A DNA stretch of 64,000 nt from an uncultured delta proteobacterium. GTDB taxonomy: Bacteria > Desulfobacterota > Desulfuromonadia > Geobacterales > Pseudopelobacteraceae. The notes under the pieces were generated by a model. It was not told where the DNA came from. It saw only the letters and a program-made list of their open reading frames with translations, and did no database searches. A program made the position numbers and the translations under genes. The stretch is from NCBI GenBank assembly GCA_963772835.1, contig CAVYYZ010000003.1:160001-224000 (forward strand), given 5' to 3'. This document shows, piece by piece, positions 1 to 14,858 of the stretch (its first letter is position 1; every line of letters begins with the position of its first letter).

Positions 1-2
1 CA

Positions 3-1163
3 GCGTCCAATGAAGTGGATATTGCGGTCAACAGTATGAAGTCGGGAGCCGTTGATTATCTGGTGAGACCGTTCAAGCCGGAACGACTGATCACTGCAGC
101 TGAAAACGCAATGAACTTGAATTATTCGAAGCAGGAAACTTCATCATTAAAAGACTATCTCCTCAACGACCGCCTGGAGCATGCCGAAGCGTTTGTCGAA
201 ATAAAAACCACCAGCAGAAAGATGCGTTCTATTTTTCAATATACGGAGGTTGTTGCCTGCTCGCCTCAGGCGGTTCTGATTACAGGAGAGACAGGAGTCG
301 GCAAGGAGCTGTTCGCCCGTGCTATCCACCGGATCAGCAGAGTAAGGGGCCAGTTCGTGAGCATCAATGTTGCAGGTCTTGATGATGCAATGTTTTCTGA
401 TACGCTCTTCGGGCATAAAAAGGGAGCTTTTACCGGTGCGGACCAGTACCGTGACGGACTTATCAGCAAGGCTGCAATGGGTACACTTTTTCTTGATGAA
501 ATTGGAGATTTGAATGAGTTATCTCAGGTCAAACTCCTCCGGCTACTGCAGGAACGGGAGTATTACCCTGTCGGAGCAGATCAGGTTAAGACCAGTTCCG
601 CACGGATCCTTCTGGCGACAAATGTTAATCTGCAGGATCGAATCAAAGAGGGGCGCTTCCGGCGCGATCTTTACTACCGTCTCTGCAGTCATCAGATACA
701 TATTCCTGCGCTCCGCGAGCGTCGTGAAGATATCCCCGCTCTGTTGGACGGTTTTATTGAAGAGGCCTCGCTGCATTTTGGCCGATCTATTCCCGCCTTC
801 TCGCCCGATCTCATTCCGGCACTTGCTCAATTTGATTTTCCGGGCAACGTCAGAGAGTTGCAGGCCAGAGTCAGTGACGCCGTGGCCCGCCATGAAGACG
901 GATTGCTGACTCTTGATGATTTTCCAGGAATTGCCCCCGCAGCATCAAGGCATTCCCCCGGTTCATCAGTCATACAGACTTCTGCCAACGCCGGAATTTA
1001 CAGCTTATATGGCCGTTTGCCCACATTCAGGGAGATTGAAGATTACCTCATAGTTGAGGCGTTGAAACTTTCTGAAGGCAGCTATGCGGTCGCCGCTTCA
1101 ATATTGGGAGTTACGCGACAGACCATCAGTAAACGCTTAAAATCTATCAATACTGCTTCTTGA
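3..1163 (+). CDS. Sigma54-dependent response regulator (NtrC family: REC-AAA+-Fis HTH), 5' end outside window
   Basis: Walker A GETGVGKE, GAFTGA loop, Walker B LFLDEIG, GNVREL, C-terminal HTH (AASILGVTRQTISKRL). Frame is open to the window start. Confidence 0.93.
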   Translation, partial: ASNEVDIAVNSMKSGAVDYLVRPFKPERLITAAENAMNLNYSKQETSSLKDYLLNDRLEHAEAFVEIKTTSRKMRSIFQYTEVVACSPQAVLITGETGVGKELFARAIHRISRVRGQFVSINVAGLDDAMFSDTLFGHKKGAFTGADQYRDGLISKAAMGTLFLDEIGDLNELSQVKLLRLLQEREYYPVGADQVKTSSARILLATNVNLQDRIKEGRFRRDLYYRLCSHQIHIPALRERREDIPALLDGFIEEASLHFGRSIPAFSPDLIPALAQFDFPGNVRELQARVSDAVARHEDGLLTLDDFPGIAPAASRHSPGSSVIQTSANAGIYSLYGRLPTFREIEDYLIVEALKLSEGSYAVAASILGVTRQTISKRLKSINTAS

Positions 1164-1202
1164 CGATTACTGCGTGCGTAATGCATCGGGAAAGGTGTCA
1201 GC

Positions 1203-2621
1203 ATGAATTCAAAAACAAGTTCACACTTGCCGGTATTATTAATTGATGATGATCAAATCGTGCTTGAGATAAATGCCACCGCCCTTGAGAGTGAAGGAGT
1301 CACGAATGTCCTGACACTCTCCGACAGCAGAAAAACCATACAATTTCTTGCTGATCACCCGGTATCAATTATTATTCTTGATTTGATGATGCCCCATGTC
1401 TCCGGATTGGAGCTTCTTCCGGTACTTATCCGCGACTTTCCTCACATACCTGTCATCGTAATGACCTCGTCAGATGACATTGAAACGGCTGTAAACTGCA
1501 TAAAAGCGGGTGCTGTTGATTATCTCACAAAGCCGGTGGAAATTGAGCGACTGCTGCTGAGTGTCGAGAATGCCCTTAGAGTCAATGAGTTGTCCCGTGA
1601 AAACCGCAGCTTAAGGGATTATCTTCTTAATGACAGTCTAGAACATCCTGCAGCATTTGATGCCATTATTACAATCAGCAAAAAGATGCGGGCCATTTTC
1701 AAGTATGTTGAAGTTATCGCAACATCCGACCAGCCGATATTGATTACCGGTGAAACCGGTGTCGGCAAAGAATTAATCGCACGGGCGATAGGAACGTTAA
1801 GTGGCAGGAAAGGGGCTTTTGTCACCGTCAATGCAGCCGGTCTGGATGACAATATGTTTTCTGATACACTGTTCGGTCACAAGAAAGGGGCCTTTACCGG
1901 TGCAGACCAACCTCGCGAAGGTCTCATCTGCACGGCCGCCGACGGCACACTGTTTCTTGATGAGATCGGAGATTTAAACGAGACCTCACAAATCAAGCTT
2001 CTGCGGCTCATTCAAGAGCAGGAATTCTACCCGGTAGGCTCAGATGTTCTGAAGAAAACCAACGCACGTCTGATTGTTGCCACCAATCATGATCTCACCA
2101 CTCTTATATCCTCAAACAAATTCCGTAAGGATCTCTACTATCGTCTGTGTGCCCATCATATCCAGATTCCGCCACTCAGAGAGCGACGTGAAGACATTCC
2201 GGCTCTACTGGATCATTTTCTCGAAAAATCTTCGAAAACACTCAATAAAACAAAACCTGTTCTTTCGCGGGACGTCTCTGCACTCTTATCAACATATCAT
2301 TTTGAAGGAAATGTTCGCGAACTTCATGCCATAATATCCGATGCGGTTGCCCGTTATACTTCCGGTTTACTGACGCTCGACTGTTTTGTCGGTCTGACTG
2401 AAAATGAAATCAGTCATAAAAATACGTCGCTGCTGCTGTCGAGTAAAGAAATCGATAACGCGTTATACGGATTTTTTGGACGCTTCCCGACTCTCAAGGA
2501 GATGGAAGATTATCTGACGTCGTCAGCAATGAACCTGACCGGGGGCAATCAGAGATCTGCAGCACTTATTCTCGGGATTGCCCGTCAGACACTCAGCAAA
2601 AGATTGGGTACACCCGTGTAA
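1203..2621 (+). CDS. Sigma54-dependent response regulator (NtrC family), tandem paralog of the upstream gene
   Basis: REC (LIDDD...ILDLMMP...KP), GETGVGKE, GAFTGA, LFLDEIG, HTH ALILGIARQTLSKRL. Confidence 0.95.
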   Translation: MNSKTSSHLPVLLIDDDQIVLEINATALESEGVTNVLTLSDSRKTIQFLADHPVSIIILDLMMPHVSGLELLPVLIRDFPHIPVIVMTSSDDIETAVNCIKAGAVDYLTKPVEIERLLLSVENALRVNELSRENRSLRDYLLNDSLEHPAAFDAIITISKKMRAIFKYVEVIATSDQPILITGETGVGKELIARAIGTLSGRKGAFVTVNAAGLDDNMFSDTLFGHKKGAFTGADQPREGLICTAADGTLFLDEIGDLNETSQIKLLRLIQEQEFYPVGSDVLKKTNARLIVATNHDLTTLISSNKFRKDLYYRLCAHHIQIPPLRERREDIPALLDHFLEKSSKTLNKTKPVLSRDVSALLSTYHFEGNVRELHAIISDAVARYTSGLLTLDCFVGLTENEISHKNTSLLLSSKEIDNALYGFFGRFPTLKEMEDYLTSSAMNLTGGNQRSAALILGIARQTLSKRLGTPV

Positions 2622-2820
2622 CGTAATCTCTGTATCAGATGAACTCGCCATGAAATAAACATGAGTTAAAATAATTACAATGTGCGGATTTCGTGCAGCT
2701 GCATCAACTTCCTCCGCTTGCGGTCACTTCATCTCATTTTTCACATCACGAATAATAGCTAAAAAATTATTCATGATATCGTAACCGGCCGATATATCAA
2801 TACAATATGAATAACTCTCT

Positions 2821-2837
2821 CTGGCACAGAATGTGTA
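2821..2837 (+). promoter_or_regulatory. Putative sigma54 promoter of the glmS operon (non-canonical -12)
   Basis: CTGGCAC-AGAAT-GTGTA: perfect -24 box, but -12 is GT instead of GC. Confidence 0.45.
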
Positions 2838-2918
2838 AAACCTCCCATCGTATACAGCCTCAAGTATTGCTGCAGCAGTTATTGTCAGGAATATGTGTCT
2901 GGTTAAGAGGAGGAACTT

Positions 2919-4748
2919 ATGTGCGGTATAGTGGGATATATGGGAAATCAGGATGCCACACCGGTTATTATGAGTGGGCTTAAAATGCTTGAATATCGAG
3001 GGTATGACTCTGCCGGAATATGCACCATGGATTGCGGTGATGTTGAAATACGACGCAGTTCCGGCAAGCTGGTAAATCTTGAGCGACTTCTCAGGGAGCA
3101 GCCGCTGCACGGATCGATCGGAATAGGACATACCCGCTGGGCAACCCATGGGAAACCGACCGTCACTAATGCTCATCCACACAAAGGAGGCGCTGTAGTC
3201 GTTGTGCATAACGGCATCATCGAAAACTATCTTCTGCTCAAGGAAGAATTAACCGTCAAAGGGCATCTGTTCAAGTCAGATACAGATTCAGAGGTTATTT
3301 CTCATCTGATCGATGAAAAGCTGAAAACAGCGGCATCCCTTGAAGATGCCGTCCGGGGGGCATTGCAGGATCTGCGGGGAGCGTATGCGCTCTGTATTCT
3401 CAGTAGCAAGGATGAAAAAACACTTATTGCGGCCAAATCAGGCTCCCCGATGGTCGTCGGAATACGCGGGGATGAATATTTCGTGGCATCGGATATGCCG
3501 GCCATTATTTCCAACACACGGGAGATGGTGATAATGGAAGATGGAGAAATGGCTGTTTTTAGAAATGGCGGCGTAACATTCAGCACCATTCTCGGCGAGG
3601 AGATCACCAAGGTGTCACGGTATATTGACTGGTCTCCAATGAAGGCTGAAAAAAACGGATATCCGAATTTCATGCTTAAAGAAATTCATGAGCAGCCTCA
3701 AGCGATCAGAAATGTCATTGCCGGCCGCATAGTGGAGGATAAAGGTGATGTTTTCTTCGAAGGACTGAATTTGAATGACAGCCAGTTGAACTCGTTTGAA
3801 AGGCTCTGTCTCGTGGCATGCGGCACTTCGTGGCATGCGGCGTTGGCAGGGAAATATCTGATTGAAGAATATTGTCGGATACCGGTCGATGTCGAAATAG
3901 CCTCGGAATTTCGCTACCGTAATCCTCTTGTATCCAGTAAAACACTGGTGATACCGATTTCTCAGTCCGGTGAGACGGCTGACACATTGGCAGCGCTTCG
4001 CGAGGCGAGGAGCAAAAAGGCGCATATTGTGTCGATCTGCAACGTTGTCGATTCTTCAATTCCCCGTGAATCTGATGGTGTGATTTACACACATGCCGGA
4101 CTGGAAATAGGTGTAGCTTCTACCAAAGCTTTTACTACCCAACTGGTGGCCCTCTATCTGTTGACCATTCGTCTTGGCCGTGCCAATGGCTCCATTGACC
4201 TCGAAAAGGGCCGGGAAATGATTGCTGTATTGAATGACCTCCCCGCACTGGTTGAAAAAACTCTGGAACTGGACCCGCAAATTGAAGAAATTGCCTGTGA
4301 GTATCTTACCTCATGGGATTCTATTTATCTCGGTCGCGGAATCAGCTACCCGATTGCCCTTGAAGGGGCTCTCAAGCTGAAGGAAATATCATATGTTCAT
4401 GCTGATGGATATCCGGCCGGCGAGATGAAACACGGACCAATTGCATTGATCGACAAAAATATGCCGGTTTTCGTACTGGCACCACATGACCGCCATCTTG
4501 TGAAAGTTCAATCCAATATGGAGGAGGTAATCACCCGTGGCGGAAGGGTAGTTGTCTTATGTTCCGAGGGGGATTATGAAACCGGACGGAGAGCTGAATT
4601 CACCCTGCACATTCCCTGTGCCGGAGATGCATTGACGGCGGTGCTTTTTACAGTTGCACTTCAACTATTAGCTTATAACTTCGCTATATTGCGTGGTAAA
4701 GATGTAGATCAACCGAGAAACCTGGCAAAGAGTGTCACGGTGGAGTAA
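2919..4748 (+). CDS. glmS: Glutamine-fructose-6-phosphate aminotransferase
   Basis: MCGIVG N-terminus, [28 protein letters not shown]-terminal [20 protein letters not shown]. Confidence 0.98.
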   Translation: MCGIVGYMGNQDATPVIMSGLKMLEYRGYDSAGICTMDCGDVEIRRSSGKLVNLERLLREQPLHGSIGIGHTRWATHGKPTVTNAHPHKGGAVVVVHNGIIENYLLLKEELTVKGHLFKSDTDSEVISHLIDEKLKTAASLEDAVRGALQDLRGAYALCILSSKDEKTLIAAKSGSPMVVGIRGDEYFVASDMPAIISNTREMVIMEDGEMAVFRNGGVTFSTILGEEITKVSRYIDWSPMKAEKNGYPNFMLKEIHEQPQAIRNVIAGRIVEDKGDVFFEGLNLNDSQLNSFERLCLVACGTSWHAALAGKYLIEEYCRIPVDVEIASEFRYRNPLVSSKTLVIPISQSGETADTLAALREARSKKAHIVSICNVVDSSIPRESDGVIYTHAGLEIGVASTKAFTTQLVALYLLTIRLGRANGSIDLEKGREMIAVLNDLPALVEKTLELDPQIEEIACEYLTSWDSIYLGRGISYPIALEGALKLKEISYVHADGYPAGEMKHGPIALIDKNMPVFVLAPHDRHLVKVQSNMEEVITRGGRVVVLCSEGDYETGRRAEFTLHIPCAGDALTAVLFTVALQLLAYNFAILRGKDVDQPRNLAKSVTVE

Positions 4749-4751
4749 AAG

Positions 4752-7616
4752 TTGACTCGTACATACCGGATAATGATCGTTGAGGATGAAACAGCAACAG
4801 CCATACGGCTTTCTAAGGCATTGGTACGTCTTGGTTACGAGGTCGTTGCGGTTGTTGACAACGGAGTTGATGCAATTGAAACTGCTACGGCCGTGCTTCC
4901 CGATCTGATTTTGATGGATGTTACCCTGAAGGGTGATATGGACGGAATTGCCGCTGCCAACAGGATTAGTGCGGAATTGGATATGCCGATTATTTTCCTC
5001 ACGGCGCATGGAGATGACGCTACTTTTTCGCGCGCCAAGACATTACATTCATATGCGTTCCTTGAAAAACCGGTCGATCTCAACCATCTCAAACATTGTG
5101 CCGAGATGGCTATCTATAAACGGACTCAGGAACGTATCCAGAAGCAGATGGAGAAAGAGCTTCTGCAAAGAGAACTGAAAACGCTTGCGTTGCTGAAGGC
5201 CATTCCCGATCTTATCCTTCGGTGCCGGAATGACGGTACAATTCTTTACTGTCAGCGACCTGAGTCAACTGATTTTTCATTTATTCCGGATGATCTGATC
5301 GGAAAAAAGATAACGGATGTACTGTCAACCGGAAAAGAAACCGGCTGCCATAGCGACATCAGCCAGGGGCTTCAGTCTGATGAGTTACAGCTCTGCTTCA
5401 ACGTGTCGGCACAGCATACACGCCACTATCTGGAGCTGCGTTCGGTCCGCAGCGATACTGACGAAGTTCTGGTAATTGTGCGCGATATTACCGAGCGGCA
5501 TCTCGCTGACGAAAAGATTCTACGATACATGAGTGAACTGAAAACGTCACAGGATCTGATAGTCCAGCAGTCCCATGATCTCATTGCTGCTCATGATCGT
5601 GCTGAAACCGCCAATCAGGCGAAAAGCGATTTTCTTGCTACCATGAGCCATGAAATACGCACACCGATGAATAGTGTCATCGGCATGTCAGATCTGCTGC
5701 TTAAAACTGAATTATCCGAACAACAACACCTCTTTGCCAATGGTATACTGGATTCTGCAACGACACTTCTTGATATAATCAACGATATTCTCGACTTTTC
5801 GAAAGTTGAGTCGGGAAAGATTGAAATTAAGCATGCCCCCTTTGATTTACGTTCGGTTATCGAAAGCGTAAGTGAACTCCTTGTGCCGAGAACATTAGCC
5901 AAGCAGGTGGAGCTCATTATCAGTTATTCTCCGGAGATACCGACGCACCTGATCGGCGATGCAGGACGAATCAGACAGGTATTGGTAAATCTTACCGTCA
6001 ATGCGATCAAATTCACCGATCGGGGGCATATAATTATTGGTGTGGAATGTCTTGGCTCCGACAGTACAGAAACGTCTCTTAAAATTAAGGTTTCAGATAC
6101 CGGTATCGGAATTCCGAATGATTCTCTTTCCCAGCTGTTTGAAAAATTTTATCAGGTTGATTCCGTAACGTGCGGCAAGAGCGGCGGAACCGGCCTCGGA
6201 CTTGCCATCAGCAAGAGTCTGGTAGAAATGATGGGCGGTACGGTCGGAGTAAAGAGCTGCGAGGGTAAGGGCTCAACCTTCTGGTTTACCATGACGCTGC
6301 CGCTCGACACGTCGTACCGGATTGAGTCATCTAAATACTCAGAATTAGCCGGCATTCGCGTCCTGATCGTTGATGATATCCGTAAGAATCGCTTTATCCT
6401 CGCAAAATATCTTGATTTCAGGGGGCTCCGCTGCAGTATGGCATCTTCTGGAGAAAAGGCTCTGGAGATGATGGAAATCGCACATCTTGACAATGATCCA
6501 TTCAGGATAGCGTTGATAGACCAAAGCATGCCGGGAATGGATGGTGTGACACTTGGCAGTATCATAAAGGCGGATGAATGTATTGGTGATGCCAGACTTA
6601 TCCTTCTCTCGTCTCTTTTTCATGAATCTGGAAGGAAAACGGGTTTACCTGATGCTATTTTTTCTGCATTTTTATCCAAACCGTTTCATCAGCGTCGTGT
6701 TATGGACGCTGTTGCGGTTGTTTCTCTCTATTCGCAGCAGAGAAACTGCGGCGCCTATTCCAGGCACGACACAATTACTCATGATGGTCCGGGAACCGTA
6801 GACCGTTCCGGCAAGGCATTCAGACAATTATCTGTACTTGTGGCTGAAGACAATCCCTCCAGCCAGATTGTCGTTGCTGCCATGCTGCAGTTCATCGGCT
6901 GCACGGTGGATGTCGTTTCCTGCGGAAGAGAAGCTGTAGCCATGGTGAGCCGGAACGACTACGATATAGTGTTTATGGATTGCAATATGCCGGATTTGAA
7001 TGGTTTTGAGGCTACTTATGAAATACGGCTGCTGGAAGGTGACAGAAAGCATACTATTATTATCGCCCTCACAGCAAATGCCATCAAAGGGTTTCGGGAA
7101 AAATGTCTCGCAGCCGGAATGGACGATTATCTGAGCAAACCGATACGCTCCAACAAAATTGAGGAGATTGTATCGCGCTGGGCTGATCCGTTGCGGCATC
7201 CATCGACACAGTCGCTGCTGCTTTTTATTGAGGAAAGCGACAGTAAGACGGACGCCAGTGCAATGTTCGATTCCGCACGATTACAAAATCTGCTACGGAT
7301 GTTTAAAAAAACCGGGAAAGATTTTTTTCCCGCGGTTGTTGAACCATTTCTGGAAAATGTAGAACAAAAAATACCGGCACTATTTGCTGCGGCTGAGGAG
7401 AAAAACTTTTCACGAGTGTATGAAACAGCACATTATCTTCTGGGAGGCAGCAGAAATCTGGGATTATTGAAACTCTCCGAAATCTGCACCGGCCTTCAGG
7501 ATAATGCAAAGAGAGACAATCACGAAAATATCAGAGAACTTGTAATTGCTCTTGAGCGGGAACTTCCTCTTGTGAAAACGCATGTGGATGATCTGCGGGA
7601 GAAAGGGTTGATATAA
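4752..7616 (+). CDS. Hybrid histidine kinase REC-PAS-HisKA-HATPase-REC-REC-Hpt (soluble)
   Basis: N-terminal REC, H-box [15 protein letters not shown]-box NAIKFT, GTGLGL, two further RECs, Hpt-like [15 protein letters not shown] start 3 nt after the glmS stop. Confidence 0.92.
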   Translation: MTRTYRIMIVEDETATAIRLSKALVRLGYEVVAVVDNGVDAIETATAVLPDLILMDVTLKGDMDGIAAANRISAELDMPIIFLTAHGDDATFSRAKTLHSYAFLEKPVDLNHLKHCAEMAIYKRTQERIQKQMEKELLQRELKTLALLKAIPDLILRCRNDGTILYCQRPESTDFSFIPDDLIGKKITDVLSTGKETGCHSDISQGLQSDELQLCFNVSAQHTRHYLELRSVRSDTDEVLVIVRDITERHLADEKILRYMSELKTSQDLIVQQSHDLIAAHDRAETANQAKSDFLATMSHEIRTPMNSVIGMSDLLLKTELSEQQHLFANGILDSATTLLDIINDILDFSKVESGKIEIKHAPFDLRSVIESVSELLVPRTLAKQVELIISYSPEIPTHLIGDAGRIRQVLVNLTVNAIKFTDRGHIIIGVECLGSDSTETSLKIKVSDTGIGIPNDSLSQLFEKFYQVDSVTCGKSGGTGLGLAISKSLVEMMGGTVGVKSCEGKGSTFWFTMTLPLDTSYRIESSKYSELAGIRVLIVDDIRKNRFILAKYLDFRGLRCSMASSGEKALEMMEIAHLDNDPFRIALIDQSMPGMDGVTLGSIIKADECIGDARLILLSSLFHESGRKTGLPDAIFSAFLSKPFHQRRVMDAVAVVSLYSQQRNCGAYSRHDTITHDGPGTVDRSGKAFRQLSVLVAEDNPSSQIVVAAMLQFIGCTVDVVSCGREAVAMVSRNDYDIVFMDCNMPDLNGFEATYEIRLLEGDRKHTIIIALTANAIKGFREKCLAAGMDDYLSKPIRSNKIEEIVSRWADPLRHPSTQSLLLFIEESDSKTDASAMFDSARLQNLLRMFKKTGKDFFPAVVEPFLENVEQKIPALFAAAEEKNFSRVYETAHYLLGGSRNLGLLKLSEICTGLQDNAKRDNHENIRELVIALERELPLVKTHVDDLREKGLI

Positions 7617-7773
7617 ATGCGGGTCCAGGTCGATAATTGAAAATAATACAATCTGAGGTATAGTTTACAAGGTTCCTGTTAACGATGACAGAGTCAAATA
7701 TTTGGCATCCTGGGGCTTGTTACGGTTCGATATTGTGGTCAGATTATGATGTATTTTTTTTCCGGAGCACGCT

Positions 7774-11451
<3,678 letters not shown>

Positions 11452-11480
11452 TTAGTTGTTAGTTTCCGCCCGGGAACTTG

Positions 11481-12176
11481 TCAGGTAATCGAGATGAAGA
11501 ATGAAGGTTTGAGAATTATTGTTCTTCTGCCGTTAATTTCGATTTCCCCTGATTGGCTTAGCCGTGCCAGCAGTCTGCTTACCGTTTCCCTGGTAAGTGC
11601 CGCAAAATCTGCAATTTCCTTATGGGTAATCTTGAAAGGAATCATGACTCCTCTAACGTCATTGATGCCGTAGATTGAACTGATGTGAGCCAGAACGGCT
11701 CGTACCCTGCTCTCCGCATCAGGAAGGGAGAGCAGCCGCAACATCGCCCATGACTCCCTTAATCGTTCGCAGAGCAGTGAGATGATCTGTTTTAATACAA
11801 TCGAATTTTTCATAAAGTACTGTTCAAAATCACTTTTTAAAATCAACCCTACCGAAGCATCCTCCATGGCCATAATGGTAGCCGGTTGGGATTTTCCGTC
11901 CAACAGTGTCATCTCTCCAAAAAAATCCCCGCGTTTTCGAATGACCAGAATGTGCTCTTTCCCGTCCGGACTTATCCGCACTACTTTAATTTTCCCTGAA
12001 AAAATAACGTACATGAAGTTCTTCGATTCGTCCTCCATGAGAATTATGGAATTTTTTTTGAAGCGTTTTTCCTTGATAATCTGATGCAGAATGAACTGCT
12101 CAGACGGAAGCAGGCACGAAAAAATAGGGATATGCTCAAGAATTTTCAGGTGGTTATGGCTTACAGCTTCCTGCAT
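11481..12176 (-). CDS. Crp/Fnr family transcriptional regulator
   Basis: cNMP-binding fold (GKIKV...GDFFGEM) and HTH THKEIADFAALTRETVSRLL; start set at ATG 12176 with RBS GAGGTG. Confidence 0.93.
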   Translation of the reverse strand: MQEAVSHNHLKILEHIPIFSCLLPSEQFILHQIIKEKRFKKNSIILMEDESKNFMYVIFSGKIKVVRISPDGKEHILVIRKRGDFFGEMTLLDGKSQPATIMAMEDASVGLILKSDFEQYFMKNSIVLKQIISLLCERLRESWAMLRLLSLPDAESRVRAVLAHISSIYGINDVRGVMIPFKITHKEIADFAALTRETVSRLLARLSQSGEIEINGRRTIILKPSFFISIT

Positions 12177-12192
12177 GGCACACCTCGCAGCT

Positions 12193-13680
12193 TCAGTGTA
12201 GCAACCTGTCACCCGTAGATTTTTTATCAGCATGAGAAGGTATATGGTTCAAAACTGCCGTCTCCATCAGGGATATACGTCGTTTTGTTCTCATGCCATG
12301 CGGTTTATTTTCGCCCTTGACCTCCATTGAATCCGAGAAGAATCTGAATGTGTTTCTCCCCTCTTTTTTTGCAACATACATGGCCATATCAGCCTTTCTC
12401 AGCAGCGTTTCAATTGTCGACCCATGAAGTGGATACACTGCCACGCCGATACTGGTTGTGACATACGATTGCTGCCCGAGTATATCAAAAGGCTCCCGGA
12501 ATACCGCCTGAACTTTTTCGGCGAATGTAATGATATCCTGTACCGTGCCGGCATCGTTGATGATGATAACAAATTCGTCACCGCCCAGTCGGCCGACAGT
12601 ATCATACTGGCGAACACATTTTTGCAGACCCAGCGCAACTTTTTTCAGAAGGATGTCCCCGGATAGATGCCCCAGCGTATCATTAATATTTTTAAAATTA
12701 TCCAAATCAAGGATCATGACTGCGATAAGCGTATTATGGCGCGCTTCAAATGCAAATGCCTGTTTCATACGGTCAAACAACAGGACACGGTTCGGCAGGC
12801 CTGTCAGGTGATCATGTGTTGCTTTGTACCTCAGTTGTTTTTCGATTCCCTCCCGTAAGCTTATCTCCTGGTTGAGTCCTTTGTTTATGGAGTTAAGTTC
12901 ATTGTTCAACAAACGGATTTCCTTCTCTGCAAGTTTAAGTTCAGAAATATCATTCATCGAAATAATACGGGCACTAGTGCCCGGAATCTTTTTGACATTT
13001 GTATAGATAATTTTTGTGTTTCCTTTGCTGTCAACCAGAATTGACTCGAAATGGTGCACGTCCAGGTCTGAATCATCGTGCGTTTTACCGATTCGTTCTT
13101 CAAGTTTTATGCGTTCACTCGCATCAAAAAAATCAGTCCAGCTTTTTATATTCTCAACAGATTTTTTACTGCATCCCGTAATTCTCTCAAATTGCTTATT
13201 AACCATTTTGATTATTGAATGCTCGTCGATCAGCATCATGGCGTTGTCACTTACCTCAAATAGTGTTCGATACCGATCTTCACTTTCCTTCAGCTGCTTT
13301 TTCATGGTGTGCATGAACAGTGCTATCTCGATGGCATTCTGCAACTGATAAATTTCGTAAGGTTTTATAAGAAATGCATATGGTTCAGTCTGTTTGGCAC
13401 GTTCAAACACCTTGGTGTCAGAGTTTGCTGTTACATAGATAACCGGTATATCAAATTGGGCATGTACTTCTTTTACAGCACATATGCCGTCAATTTTACC
13501 GCCAAGGGTAATATCCATAAGAATAATATCAGGTATATCTTTGGAAATGTTTTCAACGAAATCCTCTCCGGTATGAACCACATTAGTGATCTGGTAACCC
13601 ATACGGAGCAATGACTGACTCAAATGGCGAGCAGCGATAATGTCATCTTCTGCCAATAGTATTTTCGCTTTGCCTGACAT
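12193..13680 (-). CDS. Diguanylate cyclase REC-PAS-GGDEF
   Basis: HDHLTGLPNR, DLDNFKNINDTLGH, RQYD I-site 5 aa before an intact GGDEF; no EAL domain. Confidence 0.95.
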   Translation of the reverse strand: MSGKAKILLAEDDIIAARHLSQSLLRMGYQITNVVHTGEDFVENISKDIPDIILMDITLGGKIDGICAVKEVHAQFDIPVIYVTANSDTKVFERAKQTEPYAFLIKPYEIYQLQNAIEIALFMHTMKKQLKESEDRYRTLFEVSDNAMMLIDEHSIIKMVNKQFERITGCSKKSVENIKSWTDFFDASERIKLEERIGKTHDDSDLDVHHFESILVDSKGNTKIIYTNVKKIPGTSARIISMNDISELKLAEKEIRLLNNELNSINKGLNQEISLREGIEKQLRYKATHDHLTGLPNRVLLFDRMKQAFAFEARHNTLIAVMILDLDNFKNINDTLGHLSGDILLKKVALGLQKCVRQYDTVGRLGGDEFVIIINDAGTVQDIITFAEKVQAVFREPFDILGQQSYVTTSIGVAVYPLHGSTIETLLRKADMAMYVAKKEGRNTFRFFSDSMEVKGENKPHGMRTKRRISLMETAVLNHIPSHADKKSTGDRLLH

Positions 13681-13718
13681 TCCGTACCTCCACGAAGCAT
13701 TAATACTGGTATGCAGGG

Positions 13719-13910
13719 TTACTCTTCGATTCGGGGACGTTTACCCCAGAAGGACAAGGCGCAGAGACTGGAGCCGAGAAGGAGAAGAGTCACAGGATTT
13801 GAAACGGGATCCGGTTGAGAAGCGCCAGTTGTCGGGTAGGCATTTACCAGTACTGACATCCAGAAAATAAATATTCCAAAACATACAGATATCACCAGGA
13901 ACTTTTTCAT
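13719..13910 (-). CDS. Minimal PEP-CTERM-like protein (63 aa; signal peptide + about 10 aa + degenerate sorting signal)
   Basis: MKKFLVISVCFGIFIFWMSVLVNA-YPTTGASQPD-PVSNPVTLLLLGSSLCALSFWGKRPR resembles PVPEPxTLLLLGxGL...RR; RBS AGGAG. Confidence 0.7.
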   Translation of the reverse strand: MKKFLVISVCFGIFIFWMSVLVNAYPTTGASQPDPVSNPVTLLLLGSSLCALSFWGKRPRIEE

Positions 13911-13978
13911 GACGGTTCTCCTTATCAATCAACGGGTGATGATAAAAAGCGTATTCAGATGATGCTGTTACGTAGTTT

Positions 13979-13995
13979 AGCAACGTATGTGCCAA
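13979..13995 (-). promoter_or_regulatory. Sigma54 promoter
   Basis: Minus strand reads TTGGCAC-ATACG-TTGCT, full consensus. Confidence 0.85.
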
Positions 13996-14056
13996 GTCAT
14001 AACTGTTCGTTATTATTGGTGTTATCAGCATGATTGTTTTACGTTTTATAAAAAAA

Positions 14057-14094
14057 TGTAAAATCGGCCGACAGTGCAGCGATGTTTTATTACA
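14057..14094 (-). promoter_or_regulatory. Enhancer (PEP-CTERM-box-like), copy A
   Basis: Minus strand TGTAATAAAACATCGCTGCAC + 17-mer TGTCGGCCGATTTTACA, 61 nt upstream of the sigma54 site. Confidence 0.7.
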
Positions 14095-14292
14095 GTGTTA
14101 AACCAACGGATATGTACTGACGCAATTGCGCCACTCTTAACATCGGTCACCTTTTTTACTGAGAATCCCTTTCCCAGAATATCATGCTTTCTGGAACGTA
14201 CAGCGACGCAGCGACATCTCATTTAACATATAAATGAAGCCTTAAAAAACCATAAGATGCTGTAACCAAAGATAAAATATGCATATTGGAAT

Positions 14293-14309
14293 ATGGCACG
14301 TTTTGTGGT
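14293..14309 (+). promoter_or_regulatory. Possible sigma54 promoter of the EPS operon (non-canonical -12)
   Basis: ATGGCAC-GTTTT-GTGGT; upstream region resembles the glmS promoter region. Confidence 0.4.
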
Positions 14310-14383
14310 TCCTCTCCATGTGTAGAAAATGCGGTGATTGATAAACAGATAACGCGTATCAAGCCTTTTCGGAGGGTACTGAT

Positions 14384-14734
14384 ATGTATAAGAATATAAT
14401 AATTTTACTTATTACCATATTCGGAGCTACCGGATGTGCCGGTAAAACAAGTGAAGAAATGTATGCGGATGGAGTCAAGCTGATGATGAATGGGAAATCG
14501 GATAGTGCGATAATTTTTTTTAAAAATGCACTTGTGAAAAATCAAAGTTATCTGGATGCACGATATCAATTGGCCAGGGCGTACATGTCGGAAAGAAAAT
14601 ATGAACTCGCAGAAAAAGAATTTCAAAAAGTCCAATTAATGAATCCATATGAACCGAACATTAAGCATGATCTGGCTACGGTAAACAACTACCTCGAAAA
14701 ACAGGGACATGCGGTACGTACTGTCGAAGAGTAG
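14384..14734 (+). CDS. prsT: TPR lipoprotein, truncated PrsT-like (N-terminal 116 aa only)
   Basis: Lipobox-like ATGC, then GKTSEEMYADG...AIIFFKNALVKNQSYLDARYQLARAY...AEKEFQKV, recognised as a PrsT N-terminus; sits directly before the PEP-CTERM sugar transferase. Confidence 0.7.
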   Translation: MYKNIIILLITIFGATGCAGKTSEEMYADGVKLMMNGKSDSAIIFFKNALVKNQSYLDARYQLARAYMSERKYELAEKEFQKVQLMNPYEPNIKHDLATVNNYLEKQGHAVRTVEE

Positions 14735-14858
14735 TTTTTTTGAATAATCATATCGATGGATATCCGGCACTATTCGGGCGTGAATACAGAAATAGTATGT
14801 ATCTGCCAACGGAACGCACACAAAGTAACGCCGGTGATTGAGATGCAAGGAGTACCCG

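Noticed and set aside
2622..2918. glmS ribozyme upstream of glmS
   Set aside because: No recognisable conserved core or structure; the region is AT-rich and looks like a promoter.
2724..3209. 161-aa minus-strand ORF overlapping the glmS 5' end
   Set aside because: Antisense shadow of glmS extending into its promoter; no independent evidence.
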